From contig MU626290.1 in NCBI GenBank assembly GCA_025603075.1, positions 62,001-126,000 on the forward strand: 64,000 nt of DNA, read 5' to 3'. Position 1 is the stretch's first letter, and the number at the start of each line of letters is the position of its first letter. Below are positions 12,606 to 25,958 of the stretch, in pieces. A model generated the notes under the pieces. It was not told the origin of the DNA and did no database searches. It was given only the letters and a program-made list of their open reading frames with translations. A program made the translations under genes and the position numbers. This DNA comes from Neoconidiobolus thromboides FSU 785. Lineage: Eukaryota > Fungi > Entomophthoromycota.

Positions 12606-13630
12606 TTTATTAAATATAACTAAATATAACTTATCAGCTATTATATTAATATTGTATCAGTATTATATTATCTTATATAATCTCTTAAATATTGATTGTA
12701 TTTATTAAATAACCATTTTTATTAAAAACTGATAAACAATATACAATGATTGTTTGATTTAAGGTTTATTTAATTTTTTTAAAAATATTTAAGGTTTATA
12801 ATTATTCCTGATATACTATTTTATAAAATAACATAAGAAATGCATTAGTTAAAAAATGATCAATTTTATTAGTTAGAATAACATTAACTATAGTTATTAG
12901 TTTAATTTTTTTAATAGTGTAGTTTTAATTTAAATAAAATCTATAATTATTATATAACTAAAGCAACTATTTTTATATTTTAAAATACTTTAATTCCATA
13001 TCATCAAGTGAGTAATTAAAAGCTAAAGAAATAATAATCTCAATTGAAGATAGGATTGAAGAGCATTTTTTTCGAGAGAACACCTTTTTTAGATTTTATT
13101 TTTAGTAAAAAATTACCTATTCTCTATACTCAGCATTTATTCTCCGCTTTTTTTGTTTGTTTGTTTATATTGTTTAAACTACTTATTACTTATTTTCTTC
13201 TAGAAGGAGTGTTGGGTATTATTTATACTTACTGATTTACTACTTTTATTTATAGAGCCTTGCTTCACTCTTCTAACTTATTAAGTTGAGCTTTCAAATA
13301 TCGTTAAAATCATTCTATAGTTTCATGGCTATATTTACTCATTCAGTTTTCTTATTCGCATTTTCCTATATTTTTATTAGTTTGTATAATAATATTCAAG
13401 CAACTTACTAAAGCTTTTTTTTGCCTTAATCAAGTAGATTTCTTTCAAGATAATCATTTCAAAGTAATTCACTATCCTTCCAAATTCAATAGCTTAACAA
13501 TTTCCGGCTTATATTTCATATCAATTTCACCACCAACTTTTCCACGTTGTTTAAATAAACAATGCTTTTATTTATAAAATTTCAAGCTTTAAAAAAGTAT
13601 TTAAAAAATAAATTTTTATTTTAATTCTAT

Positions 13631-14309
13631 CTAATAAATGTTATCAATCTTATAAGTATAAGGAATGAAGCCTAAATAAATGTGATTATTATTACTCTAA
13701 ACAAGGTCATTAAAAATATTACCCATAGCTCTGGCTCTTTTAATAGCCCTTGATAATTTACGTTGATTTACTCTCGATAATCCTAAATAATATGTTATAA
13801 AACTTAATATTTGGAGCCATTAAAGCAATTACCAGTTTGCTTAATTGGCATAATTTTACCAAGTCCAGTTACGTAGTAGCTTAATAGATCGGTATTCTAT
13901 CGATATGAAATAAATTTCAAACTAATAATTAATTTAAAAACAAATTACTTTATATTCTTTCATTGGATTAGCATTATTAAGTTGAAATAGATCTTTTTTA
14001 GGTTTATGGCTTTGTTGTTCTTTATATCTTGAAAAGTTTTGCTCATTTAAATCGCGTGGTTGGTATACCTGAAACTTGGTTAGAATTATCAATTTAAATA
14101 AACCTTTAATCTACTTCATGCTCCTCAAATTTACGACTCAAATCAAAGGTTCCTTCTTGTGCGTCTAAAAATAGAAGGGTATGGTATTAGGTATTTGTAT
14201 ATATTGTTCATCTGAAATTACCAGCTGTATATGCTTTCGATATAATTCTGCTTGTGCTGAGACTTCTTACACCGCTTAATGTAAGTAATTTCTGGACTGA
14301 TTTAAACAT
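13631..14309 (-). CDS. RSM18: Mitochondrial ribosomal protein bS18m
   Basis: Presequence MFKSVQKLLTLSGVRSLSTSR; spliced NPMKEYKNTDLLSYYVTGLGKIMP...TGLSRVNQRKLSRAIKRARAMGFIPY. Confidence 0.85.
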
Positions 14310-14458
14310 TCTAAATTAAAAACAAATTTTCGAAAAATTAAAAAAATTATGGGAAAATAATTTGTGGTTAAGAAAAATGCAATTTCAAAAATCAAAAATA
14401 CTAAGAGTTATAATATAAAAAAAGCTATTAATATAACATGGAATATTTCAAATATTTA

Positions 14459-15398
14459 TTATATATCGATCTTAGAATGGAAATGGTTCAACGGTCCTGC
14501 TCCTTTTCCGACTGAGAAGCTTTCTTTTATACCATTATGTGTAAAGCTAATTCCTTTTTTAACCGCTTCTAAAACTAAAAATAGTGTTAAGTCAACTTAT
14601 ACTAAAAACAAAATAATTAAATTACCATTATAGCCATGAGAAAGATAGGAGGAAATAGCTGAAGATAAAGTACATCCAGATCCATGTGTATTTTGGGTAT
14701 GAATATACGGATGCTCTATCCTCGTAAACTCTTTACCATCATAAAACAAATCAATAATTATTTCAGAGTTTTCAATCGCACAATGTTTTAATTCTTTATC
14801 TAAAGGCAAATGGCCCCCTTTTAATAAGACATATTTTGGACCCATTTCATATAACTTTTTACAGCATTGTTCCATGCTTTCTATTGAACTTATATCAAGT
14901 GATGTCAATAGTTTTGCTTCATCTAAGTTTGGTGTTATTAAATAAGATTGCGGAATTAAGGTTTGGATCAATGTTGCTATAGAATCCTCTCTTAGTAATT
15001 TGGATCCACTTGTTGAAACCATTACTGGGTCCAAAACTATTTTTTTAATATTATACTTTTTAAGCTTATTTGAGACTGTTAGAATAACCTCTTTTGAGCT
15101 TAACATACCTTGAAAAATATTTAAATAAGATACAATCAAATCAAGAAACCTATTTACCAATCTTTGCAACCGATATAGGTATATCACTCAATACCGTATC
15201 AAACTGCTTTTCAATAAAATCACAAGGTACTTCCATAATATCAGTGACTCCTAAAGTATTTTGAGCTGTTAGAGCAGTAATCACACTTACTCCATATACT
15301 TTTAAGCTCGTATATGTTTTTAGGTCTGCTTGTATTCCAGCACCACCTCCGCTATCGGAGCCTGCTATTGTTAATACTTTTACTATTTCTTTGCTCAT
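14459..15398 (-). CDS. thiD: Hydroxymethylpyrimidine/phosphomethylpyrimidine kinase (stand-alone ThiD)
   Basis: [77 protein letters not shown] then stop; 3 exons. Confidence 0.93.
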
Positions 15399-15700
15399 TT
15401 TATAAAGAAATTGTTACATCATCGAATTATTCGTTATCTGATTTAATGGAACTTAGTTTGACTAAATTTATTAACCAAATTGTTTCTTTTCATTGGTTGT
15501 CTCTCATCACCAAGAAATCCCATCGACCATGGATCAAAGTTAGGATATTTATAAAGGTTTATCAAATCAAATACTAAAATTTAAGTTAAAAATGAGTGAC
15601 AAGTAACTAAATAGCAGCATTTGATTGGTCAACAAGTCATACCGTATTAATTTATATTATCTTTTTTAACACTCAACTTTCATAATTGATTGAATTAAAT

Positions 15701-16113
15701 ATGTTTCCAGTCAGCCGTATGATCACCCGCGTAGCTAGACGTGGTTTAGCTACCCGTAGTTACATTCCACCAAATCTTGCCGGTAAAACCGTTGCTAGCC
15801 CAGCTGCCCAAGCTACTGGTGCTGAAGCCACTAACGTTGACGATTTAGTTTACATTTACCGTCAACTTCCAAAGGGTCCAGCCCCAAAAAATAACTCAAA
15901 AGCCTCAGGTCCTCTTGAATGGTACCGCCAACGTTATTTCGAAGGCGAAAATGCTTCCGCTACCCCAATCGTTCATTTCATTGCCACTCTTTTCATCCTT
16001 GGTTATTACATGGAATACGTTAACCATTTATGTAAGATTACTTATTTTTGTTTTTATAGTTGATATTTATATAAATTTTTATAGCTCACCATAAGAATGT
16101 TAAACATCATTAA
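15701..16113 (+). CDS. ATP17: Mitochondrial ATP synthase subunit f
   Basis: IPPNLA, YRQLPKGPAP, WYRQRYFEGENASATPIVH, GYYMEY...HL|SHHKN; one intron. Confidence 0.85.
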
Positions 16114-16450
16114 AGATTTAACTAGGTTTTTTGGTTTTATCAATATAAAGTAATGTCAATGCATTAGAACAGATGTAATTTAATTTAAAAGGATATTTTA
16201 TATTATTTTTGATTTTGTACTGGTTGATTTTTTATTTGATTTCTTTCTGTTACGTATTTTGAAAGCTTATTAATACCATTATTCAAAAACAAATTTTCAG
16301 ATCATTGCTATATTTTATATTAGTTATAAAGCAAAATATTCTACAAAAAAGGATGTACAAAAATTAAACAACTACAATCTATTTCGAATAATACTTAAAT
16401 AATTTAAATAAGATAATTTAAATAAAATAATTCACTATTAAATTCTACTT

Positions 16451-17110
16451 TTATTTTAATTGATTTTGTGAATACTTTAAAGCTTCTAATTTTCCAGACG
16501 AAAGATTTAGTAACTGACTCATGGTTTGATTTGATTCTGCAATTTCGGGGTGGATATAATAAAGATGACCGTTTGATTTATGGGTTGTAAAAAGTCTTGA
16601 GTTGCTTCCTAGTTTTCCAGCTTCAATTAAATTATAGTTGAACTTCCCCATTATAGTAATATTTTCGAATAAAAGTTGTGTATTTCCAATAAGTTCTCCT
16701 TTTTCAAGAGTTTGCTTATTGACCCAAGCTCTGGTAAGATAAGGATGAATACACCAATGAATCAATGCTGTTGATAGCCCAGAAGTTAAGATGGCACCGC
16801 CAAATAAAATGGAGCGAACCATAGGGGATAAACCACCATCAATAACAAAGATTAAAGGGGATAAGGAAAATGTTAAAATTAATGAACTAATAGAAAACAG
16901 CTTCAAATATTTAGCTGTTTTACTTAATGGTCCAACGTATATCAACTCATACTTTTCATCTTTGAATGGCTCTAACTTTTTTTGCTTTAATATGCTAGTA
17001 ATATGTAGGCTTCTTGTTAGCACTATGCTATTTATTAAGGCTGGTAGCTGTAATTTAGCTTTTATTTTGATAGAACCTTTTGAGACGTTTTGAACAAGGA
17101 TGCGATTCAT
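16451..17110 (-). CDS. TMEM70/TMEM186-like mitochondrial inner-membrane protein
   Basis: Presequence-like N-terminus; YVGPLSKTAKYLKLFSISS, two TM helices, IHWCIHPYLTR. Confidence 0.6.
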   Translation of the reverse strand: MNRILVQNVSKGSIKIKAKLQLPALINSIVLTRSLHITSILKQKKLEPFKDEKYELIYVGPLSKTAKYLKLFSISSLILTFSLSPLIFVIDGGLSPMVRSILFGGAILTSGLSTALIHWCIHPYLTRAWVNKQTLEKGELIGNTQLLFENITIMGKFNYNLIEAGKLGSNSRLFTTHKSNGHLYYIHPEIAESNQTMSQLLNLSSGKLEALKYSQNQLK

Positions 17111-17504
17111 GTTAAATATAATAAAATGGTTTATTTTATTTTTATAAAAATGTTAAATTTATTTATCCAATTAAATCAACTTAGATAAGTTTTGATAATT
17201 ATAAAATTTATAATATTCAATATAAAGGTACTTATTATTAGAATGTGTTTTGCTACATTTTTTATGAATATTTCAAAGCTTGATTTTGTATCTATGATAC
17301 ATATATACAAACATAACAACAATATGGCAAATAATACAACTAAGTCCTATAACCCTTACAGATAATTATAAATCCCATAAAAACAGTGAGATTTTTATCT
17401 TAGATTAGATTAATGATTAATTGGCCAATAAAACGAAAACTTAATTTATCCATACAATTATCTAAGCTAAAAAAAAGTTCGATTAATCTTTAGAAAGCTA
17501 CAAA

Positions 17505-17838
17505 ATGGGTAACACAATTAAACTTGATCCAGCTATTGAAAAATTCAATTCCTTACGTGAAACAATCCATGAACATTCTTATTGGACACCACGTATGGTA
17601 AGATATGCCTTAGTATTTGGTATCGGTATACCTGCAGGTATCTATTGGGTCTGCAAACGATATGATGTAAGTTAGTGGAATTTATATAATGTAATTTATT
17701 TAACTAGTTATTTTCTGATAGAATGTTTTTGATGTTCAAGGAAAAACTCGTGGCATGTCATTATACAAATACCCAAGTTTGATTTATAAAAATGAAAAGG
17801 AAGCCTCACAAAGCGCTTCTAAAGAAACTGAGGAATAA
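17505..17838 (+). CDS. NADH:ubiquinone oxidoreductase B15 subunit (NDUFB4-like)
   Basis: LDPAIEKF...YWTPR, one TM helix, FDVQGKTRG; one intron. Confidence 0.7.
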
Positions 17839-18328
17839 GGAAATGAGTTTTACTTTTTAATGAAGTTAACAAATCTTTATAAAAATTTTTATTGAATATA
17901 TTACTATTAATTGTTATTTAGATTTATTTAATTTGAGTAATTTTAATTTATAAAATAGTAGGATTTACAAGTGTTAATTCAATGGTTAGAATTTCACTTG
18001 GTCTTTATATAAATTAGTATAAACATTTGTTATTCATTTTTAACTTGTTATTCATAAATAATAATCGTTTGGTATAGATTTAAATATGATTATTTTTCAC
18101 ATATCATCACAAATAAAATAATTAAGACTCTTTTTAAAAACTACCTGCTACTATTAGGTTATTCATTACCATACTTTGTGTTTTTATATAGCCAGTAATT
18201 AAAATTTAAATAGTGTCTTTAAGTATAACTATGATAATTTAAAGAATAATAATAGTTTCAAATATTTTTTATTGGCTCTCTGGAAACGAAAAATCTTGTT
18301 TTTTTAAATTTCAAAAACAAAGGAAATA

Positions 18329-19584
18329 ATGGGAAGGCCAAATAAAAGGGAAACAAAGGGATATTATATATTAGAAAAGCGCCGGAAACAAGCATACAAA
18401 ACGTTGGTGAAATTGCTAAAAAAAGATGATGTTAAAGATGATTATAGTAATTTGTTTTCAGAAACACCAACGACTACGATATGTATTGCTAATCTTGGAT
18501 TTGGTGGCGTTGGTGGTATTTCACCAGAGGCTGTAAATTCGGCGTTACGAAAATTCAATGGCTTCAAAAATGTTGAGATGCCTATTGGTATGGTAATGTT
18601 CAGCTTCAGTTAAAAGAAAAGGTTAAAATTAATGGGAATTTTACATAATTTTAAATCTATTTAAAAAAATTAGTTAAATCTAATGAACAAATACATTTGC
18701 TGTTTTTTTATTGATGTTGAGCTGATTACTAATTATTTATTTTAGCCCTTCTCTTTTGTACAATTCAATACAGTAGAAGACGCAATAAATGCATTAGAAT
18801 TAATCCATTATAAGCCATGCGCTGACCTTGAAGATCGAGTATTATACGCAGGATTTTACCCGGATCAAATAGTAATAAATGAAATAATAGATTTTAACTA
18901 TCATGTCCCAGGTTTAGTATATCATGATGAGTTCATTACCCTAGAGGAAGAAAATGAAATGCTTTCTGCCATAGAAAGTTATGAAGGATGGGGAATAGTA
19001 AAGGGTAGGCATGTGGTAAGTCTAGTTGTATAATATTAAGCTTTGTTTATTCTTCTTAGAAACATTTTGGCTATGAATTTAGTTATAAAATCAAGCATGT
19101 TGGTTTAAAAATGGATCCATTTCCAAATTTTGTAGTCCCTGCTCTTCATCGTTTTTATAAAGCATATCCACAATACCATACAATGGATCAATTAACAATT
19201 TCTTCTTATCCAGTGGGATCTGGTATACCGCCACATTGTGACTCACATACAGCTTTTCATAATACTATATTAATTATCAGCTTAAAGAATCAAATTGTTA
19301 TGGAGTTCCGTAAACCTAGCACTGGTGAAGTTGGCCATCGACTTTTAAAACCACGTTCATTAGTTATTATAGGCGGAGAATCAAGGTATGGTTGGGAGCA
19401 CTCTATAAAGCTTAGAAAATCAGACCCCTTACCAGATGGTCAATTGATGGAAAGGAAAGAACGCCTCTCTTTAACATTCCGTAAAATCCAAAATGAACCT
19501 GGTTGTGGCTGCTTATTTAAAGACTTATGTGACATAGACTATTACAAAAAAATACGAGAAAGTCAAATAACGTTTAATAAATAA
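18329..19584 (+). CDS. ALKBH8: ALKBH8-like tRNA hydroxylase (RRM + AlkB 2OG-Fe(II) + Zn finger, no methyltransferase domain)
   Basis: RRM (IANLG, PFSFVQF), VPGL...FIT.EEE, HFGYEF, QLTISSYPVGSGIPPHCD, H...RLSLTFRK, CGCLFKDLCD then stop. Confidence 0.85.
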
Positions 19585-19632
19585 GCGAAAAACATCTTTG
19601 TTTATATTTTTATTTTAATAAAATATTTGGAG

Positions 19633-20952
19633 TTACATATAATGTTTTCTAAGGTAATTAGAAACAGTATCGAAAACGACTAACAATATACCACCCCCTG
19701 GTCCTAAACGTAACACCTTTGGAACAAACCCTTTGTAGAGTGCAGTGAATCTATATAATATAAGTCTTAGATAAACAACTTAGCAAAATGGGTTATTGGA
19801 CATTATAGCTTTGATACAATAAATGTTTTGCATAAATTTAATGATTGACTTAAAATTTTGACTACTAATAAAATATCATTACCCTTCCTCTTTTATAACT
19901 GTGCCTAAAGCTGGGAAAGCCCAATTATACTTTCTGACAACCGCAGTATCATTTTGAATACGTGTTTTCACCACATCAAATGGAGTATTGATTGCAGTAC
20001 CAAAAGTCCCACCAATCGCACCAGCAACAAAATTACGTGCCAATTCACCTTGTTTAGTCTAAATAATAGTTAATGGAAACTTAAATATGAAATAACCTTA
20101 CTTCTGCTTCTGGTAAGGCTGCACGAACACCATGAATTACACCAAAATACCCACCACTCCAGAAAGCATGACGATAAATGGTAGATTCTAAACCTTTAAA
20201 GAAGGCGAATGGTCCTAATATATTATAGCAGCTGAAAATGATTTAATCTAAATTTATACCTTCTTCCTTAAGGATCTTTTTAATACAATCTACTGTTCCG
20301 TTATATTTTCCAGCCTATTATTTATATGTTAGCTCTTATAACAGTATTTTATGTTTCCATACATTATTTTTATCTTGTAAACGAATTTTAACTAAATCAA
20401 AAGATACAACAATAAAAGCTTCTGAAGCACCAGCGGAAGCACCAGTAAGAATTGAAAGTGGCTGAGTCAACTTTTCAATGTTGAATAAATTTCTGTAGAA
20501 CACTGAAAATTGCTCAAAGGCAGCAAACTTAATAGCACGCTTTGGAGCTTCCACGAAAATTGGTGGTAAAATACCACGATAAAGTTTAGAGAAACTATAT
20601 ACTTATTATTAACTGTAAAACCAAATTAAATTAAATTTACCCTTCGTTCTTAATTATCTTTCTAAAGCAATCAGCTATCGAAGTATAATTATCCGCCGCT
20701 CCTTTAACTTGTAACTGGAAACGAGTTTTTACCACTTTTCATTGTTTAATAAATACATTATATCAATTAAGTTTTTTACCATCCAAAGGATACATGACTA
20801 AAATTTCAGAAACTCCAGCCACGGCACCAGCAGCAAACTGGAAATGAAATGGTAGTGGTTTTTCTAAAAGTTAAAGTTAATTAAAGAACAATCAAAATAA
20901 GCACTTTACGTTGGGTTTGTACTTTTGGTACTTCAACTTTTTGAGATGACAT
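19633..20952 (-). CDS. ODC1: Mitochondrial 2-oxodicarboxylate carrier (SLC25A21)
   Basis: PLPFHFQFAAGAVAGVSEILVMYPLDVVKTRFQ, LYRGILPPIFVEAPKRAIKFA, TPFDVVKTRIQ, GFVPKVLRLGPGGGILLVVF; many introns. Confidence 0.93.
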
Positions 20953-22041
20953 TTATGAATGGTAAGTAGTTGAAATAGGAGGCAGTATTTGTTTTTTTTT
21001 AATAATATAATAAATTAATTTATTATAGAGATAAACTGTTTCGATTTTATCCCTAATTTTTTATGCTTGCGTAGATGGTTTTTTTAATGAATTTTATTGG
21101 CTAGGTTCAATTCTGTTCAATTACCTTTACCTAAAGAGTCATCCTGAGATGTAAAATAGCCTATTCTACATTTAACTAATTAATATTAGGATCAAATTTT
21201 TAATCTATGAAATAGTAGTATGTGTTTTGCCATATTGTCCTTTAATAAGAAATGGGTACTCATTGTCTGTAGACTGTAGATGTGGATACACATGCTTTTT
21301 ATAAACGTACAATCAAAAATTGTTAAAAAGTTATTTATTTCTAGCTATTATTAAATAAGGACTTGTACGATAAATACTTTTTTATATCACATTCTCTGAT
21401 TTATAAAATAGCCTAAAGCCTACTTTCGGACATTTGATAAATTAATATATGGCATGTTTTTACATAAAATTTATGCTTGAAAAGTGAACAAATGTAGATA
21501 AAAATAAAAGATAATTTAAAATAATATGACTTTTTTGACTTATACAAAAAATAGGTTATAGACTGTAACAATAGTTTTACTTTTTAAAATTTCTAATAAA
21601 GAATCGTTTCTGGGTATGAAAATTTTCAATTTTATTTTCTAATCATGAATAATAAAGAACTGATTATTTTATAAACCTTATACTAGAAAGCTATAATATA
21701 AAACAATATTTTTAAAGCTTAGTACAAGTTTAAAGATACTGTAATTTATTTTGAATTAATATGTTATAACTTGGTTATATTGCTCATATTAAAATAATAA
21801 AAATTATATCATATAATTTATAAATCTTATACTTTAATATCTCAATATGAAAACTTAAATAATACAGATTTTCTATAAACAATTTTTAAAATAAATATTA
21901 TTATAGCAGCTAAATACTATTTATTTAATATATAAAATAAAGAAATAATAATTTAAGATTATTTAATTAAAAGTTAAATACGATTATAGAATATAATTTG
22001 AACTTATTAAAAAAACTATGTTTTTAATATTAGTTTTATAT

Positions 22042-22498
22042 TGTAAAATATCGCTTTGTCAGCTCCATGGTTGATTATAACATAATAATCACTTGTCATG
22101 TTCTCGAGTTCAGGCACAATTGATTTAAAGTTCTTTATTTTGATTTGCTGCGAGAATTTCTAACCTCATATCACAAAAAATATTATCTTCTTATTTTGAT
22201 ATCCATACTTGTTGGAGTGTAAAAGGGATTTTAGAACACAACAATTCGAGGCTTTTTTATTGAATTGTCTCCTGATGTTGTACCTTTAATAAATCCACTA
22301 GACCTTTATGATAATATTTTATATAGATTTTACAGTAGTATTGTCTACTTTATTTATCTTACATAGTCCGTAGGATACTATGTGCTATTCTCCATAATTC
22401 AAGTTTATCTTAGTTATATAAACTAAGACCTTTCAACTTACAATTAGTTAATCAAGTAAAAGTTGCTTTTAACCCGAACCACTGAATGCCAAATTTTA
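22042..22498 (+). repeat. Degenerate ~450-bp repeat family R3, copy 1
   Basis: Collinear with 24522-24967, e.g. AAATATCGCTTTGTCAGCTC and CTATTCTCCATAATTCAAGTTTATCTTAGTTA. Confidence 0.85.
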
Positions 22499-22692
22499 TA
22501 CTAATAGAACAAAAAATATAATTATATAGTTTATATAAAAAACTTATAGAAAATTTAAATAGCCTTATTAAAAAACAATTTTAAAATTACTATATTAAAA
22601 ACTTTTTTTATATTCTGTATTAAGGGACCATGTACAAAAAACATAATAAGTTATAGTTATTTTTACAAATACTTTAAATAATCAATGTAACA

Positions 22693-22797
22693 TAAGGGGA
22701 TGTATTTTTGTGTCTAACAATTTTACTAACAATTTTTCTACTTAAATAATGCTTGGAAGATGGAAAAAGTAATGAAGCCAAAAAAAACATCTCCATA
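22693..22797 (+). mobile_element. MITE copy 5
   Basis: TAAGGGGATGTATTTTTG...AAAAAACATCTCCATA. Confidence 0.9.
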
Positions 22798-22997
22798 ATT
22801 TATTATAAAATTGATATAATATTTTATAGTTTAATATAATAAACTTATTATTCACTGAAAATTGTATAAAAAAATCATAATAAATAACTTTGTTTAAAAT
22901 AAAAATTATCTATTAATATAAATAATGTTATTATATAACTTATTAATAAAAAAAGTTTTTGATTTTAGTGTTTTTTAATTAAAAGAAAACTGTTTTA

Positions 22998-23098
22998 TAT
23001 AGGAGGTTTTTTTTGACTTCGTTACTTTTTCCATTTTTTTAAGTACTATTTGAGCGAAAATTTGTTAGTAATTCTTAAACACAAAAATAAATCTCCAT
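22998..23098 (-). mobile_element. MITE copy 6
   Basis: Reverse match with TTACTTTTTCCATTTTTTTAAG core. Confidence 0.85.
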
Positions 23099-23373
23099 TT
23101 AATAAACATAAATTGACATAAATAAAGAAAAAACATAATTTACATCAACACAATCGTTTCAGTATATAGAAGCTATACAAATTTTTTTTCAACATCAAGT
23201 ATGTTATGAAATATTTTTCTATCAGCCTTGTAATTAATTATAATATAACAATTAGCTAAATTATATCTAAAACTAATTGCAGCTTTGTATTAATTTAACC
23301 GCAATTCGTATAATGAATTTAATTAGCTTTAAATAATTTTGCTATCAAAAATTACTGTATTTCTAAATCCAGG

Positions 23374-23478
23374 TATGAGGATGTATTTTTGTGTCTGACA
23401 ATTTTACTAACAATTTTTCCACTCAAATAATGCTTGGAAGATGGAAAAAGTAATGAAGCCAAAAAAACATCCACTATA
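23374..23478 (+). mobile_element. MITE copy 7
   Basis: TATGAGGATGTATTTTTG...AAAAAACATCCACTATA; shares derived variants with copy 5. Confidence 0.9.
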
Positions 23479-23689
23479 ATTAGTTTAAAGTTTTTTATTT
23501 TAGTAATTATATTTAATAACTATAATAAAAGATAATTATTATAATATTTTTTATATACAGCCACTTAATTAAACTATAATTGTTTTAATATAATAACTTA
23601 AAGCTCTTTTATTGAATTGCTTTCTAATATTATACTTTTAATAAAGCTATTAAGTTTTTTTAACAGTACTTCATATAAATTTTATAATA

Positions 23690-23855
23690 ATATCTTCTAT
23701 TCTATTTGTTTTACATAGTCTGTAGCTTATTATGTACTATTTTTATTAATTTAAATCTACTTTAATTATATAAACTAAGACTCTTTAATTTACAGCTAAC
23801 TAATTAAGCAAAAGCTGTTTCTAATTCCAACTACTAAATCCCAACTTTTATAGTT
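23690..23855 (+). repeat. R3 repeat, partial and more decayed copy
   Basis: TTCTATTTG.TTTACATAGTCTGTAGC...TATAAACTAAGAC.CTTT matches the 3' part of R3. Confidence 0.65.
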
Positions 23856-24329
23856 TTAATAACTTTTTTAACTAAGTTTTTATATGTTTTGTAGCTAATG
23901 TTATTATTGATTTTTTAATTAAACCAAAGTTATTTATATCAAGCAAAAGTGTGTTGATAGTATTATAAAAAAAAACTTGAAATAAGGCAGTTAAATTATT
24001 AATATTATTAAAAACATGATTATTTTTTTTAATAGTTAATAAATTAGTTATAAAAAAATCATTAAACACTGTTAAACATGAAATATAATAAATATTATCT
24101 GGTAATTTATAAAATTAGTTAAATTACTATTATTATTATTTTAACATTATTTAAAAATAATTATTTAAAAATGTATTTATTTATCTAAAAGTTTTATTAA
24201 TAGCTTTTTTGCTTAAATAATACAAAATAAAAAAACCCAATTATTGATAGTATTTAAATAATAAATAAAACTGATGTTTTTTACAAAAAATAATCAACTA
24301 AATTAAACAACAGCTTAAAAATTTAATTA

Positions 24330-24433
24330 TATGGGGATGTGTTTTTGTATTTAAGAGCTTTATTAACAACTTTTCCACCCAAATAGCGCTTAAAGATGAA
24401 AAAAGTAATGAATTCAAAAAAAACATCCCCATA
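24330..24433 (+). mobile_element. MITE copy 8
   Basis: TATGGGGATGTGTTTTTG...AAAAAACATCCCCATA, TATA both sides. Confidence 0.92.
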
Positions 24434-24521
24434 TAATAAGAGTTATAAAAAAACAATATAAAGTTATTGTTACAATTGTAAAAACTTCTTTAGATATAAA
24501 TATTAAATCTTATATTTAAGA

Positions 24522-24967
24522 TGTGAAATATCGCTTTGTCAGCTCGATGATTGAGTATAGCGTAATGATCACTTAAGTTGTTGTGCTCTCAAGTTCAAAG
24601 ACAATTAATCCCATGTTTTTATTTTAGCTTACTATGAGAATTTCTAGCTCCATCCCAAAGAATATTATCATCTCATTTTGATATTTATATTTTTCAAAGT
24701 ATAGTAGCTCAAGGCTTTCTAATTGAATTATTCCTTGATATCTCGAACGTTTAATAAAGTCACTAAGTTTTCTTAATAGTATTTTATGTAGATTTTGCAT
24801 TAGTATTGTCTATTCTATTTATCTTACATAGTCTATAGCCTATTACATACTATTCTCCATAATTCAAGTTTATCTTAGTTACATAAACTAGGACCTTTCG
24901 ACTTACAGTATAGTCAACCAAGTGATAGTTGTTATTGACTCCAATCACTGAGTACTGGATTTCATAA
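24522..24967 (+). repeat. R3 repeat, copy 2
   Basis: Collinear with 22042-22498. Confidence 0.85.
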
Positions 24968-25868
24968 AGATTTAAAAAAATAAATATAAATTAAATCCAT
25001 TATATAATAATGACTGCTTTTAAAGTAAATAGTAAATTATAAATTAATATTTAATTTAATTTTGAACTTTAAACTAAATTTTAAATCTTCACATTTTTAA
25101 CTAATTTTTGCTTTTTGGTTAATGAATGGCTGCAAGCTAAACAAATAGCCTTAACAAAATATATATTTGACATCAAAAAATATTGCAAATTTAATCAAAT
25201 TTAAATTGATTAAAAAAGCCAATATCCTTAATATTACATTTTTATTGCAACTTAATTAGGTTTTTTAAAGCCTGGTATTAGCATTAGCAATTTGTTAACT
25301 TTATTAAATTCTACTCCTAAATGAACAGCTAATAAACGATAGTTAGCTCTGAAAATTAACGCAAACTAGGTCACAATAAAGCTATAAGAGCTATATTGAT
25401 GTTTAGATACTAAAATATGTTTTCAGAATTTTTTTTAAAATTTCTTTATATTAGTGAAAAATGGAATGGATTATAGCAATATAGCATTTTATTATTTGCT
25501 TAAAATCGCTTATAGGTTGGCTTATAAAAACAAAAAAACTAAGTTGGCAATCTTGATACAATAGCTATATTTCTAAAACTTTAGTAAAACAGAAGCTTAG
25601 AACTGATGCATTTAATACTCTTGATTTTTCATTTCGCGGTTAAATTTTTTATTTAAGTGTAGCAAACATGTTAACAAAAAGTTCAGATTAAACAAACATA
25701 TATTTGTCCTCTAATGACCTAATGCCCTGATTTCATATTTAAGATGTTATCTTTTTATCAAATCATAGCGTTGTTCACTTTGCAAAAATCCAAATCCACG
25801 AATTTATGAAATAATAGTTAGCCAAATGTAAAAAGTAGCAGGAGGCAAGCTTACAGACTGGATATAAG

Positions 25869-25958
25869 CCAATAAAATAAATTTTAGCCACTCAATTTTA
25901 ATTCGTTTCTTCAACTAAAACTGACCAATAAAAGAATCCAATCAATATATTAGCCAAT
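25869..25958 (+). promoter_or_regulatory. Cluster of four CCAAT boxes upstream of the V-ATPase c gene
   Basis: CCAAT at 25869, 25925, 25938, 25954, 130-220 bp upstream of ATG; Hap2/3/5 (NF-Y) binding is inferred. Confidence 0.5.

Noticed and set aside
13270-13600. Possible extra gene downstream of RSM18 on the minus strand
   Set aside because: Stops in all three frames with no consistent splice model
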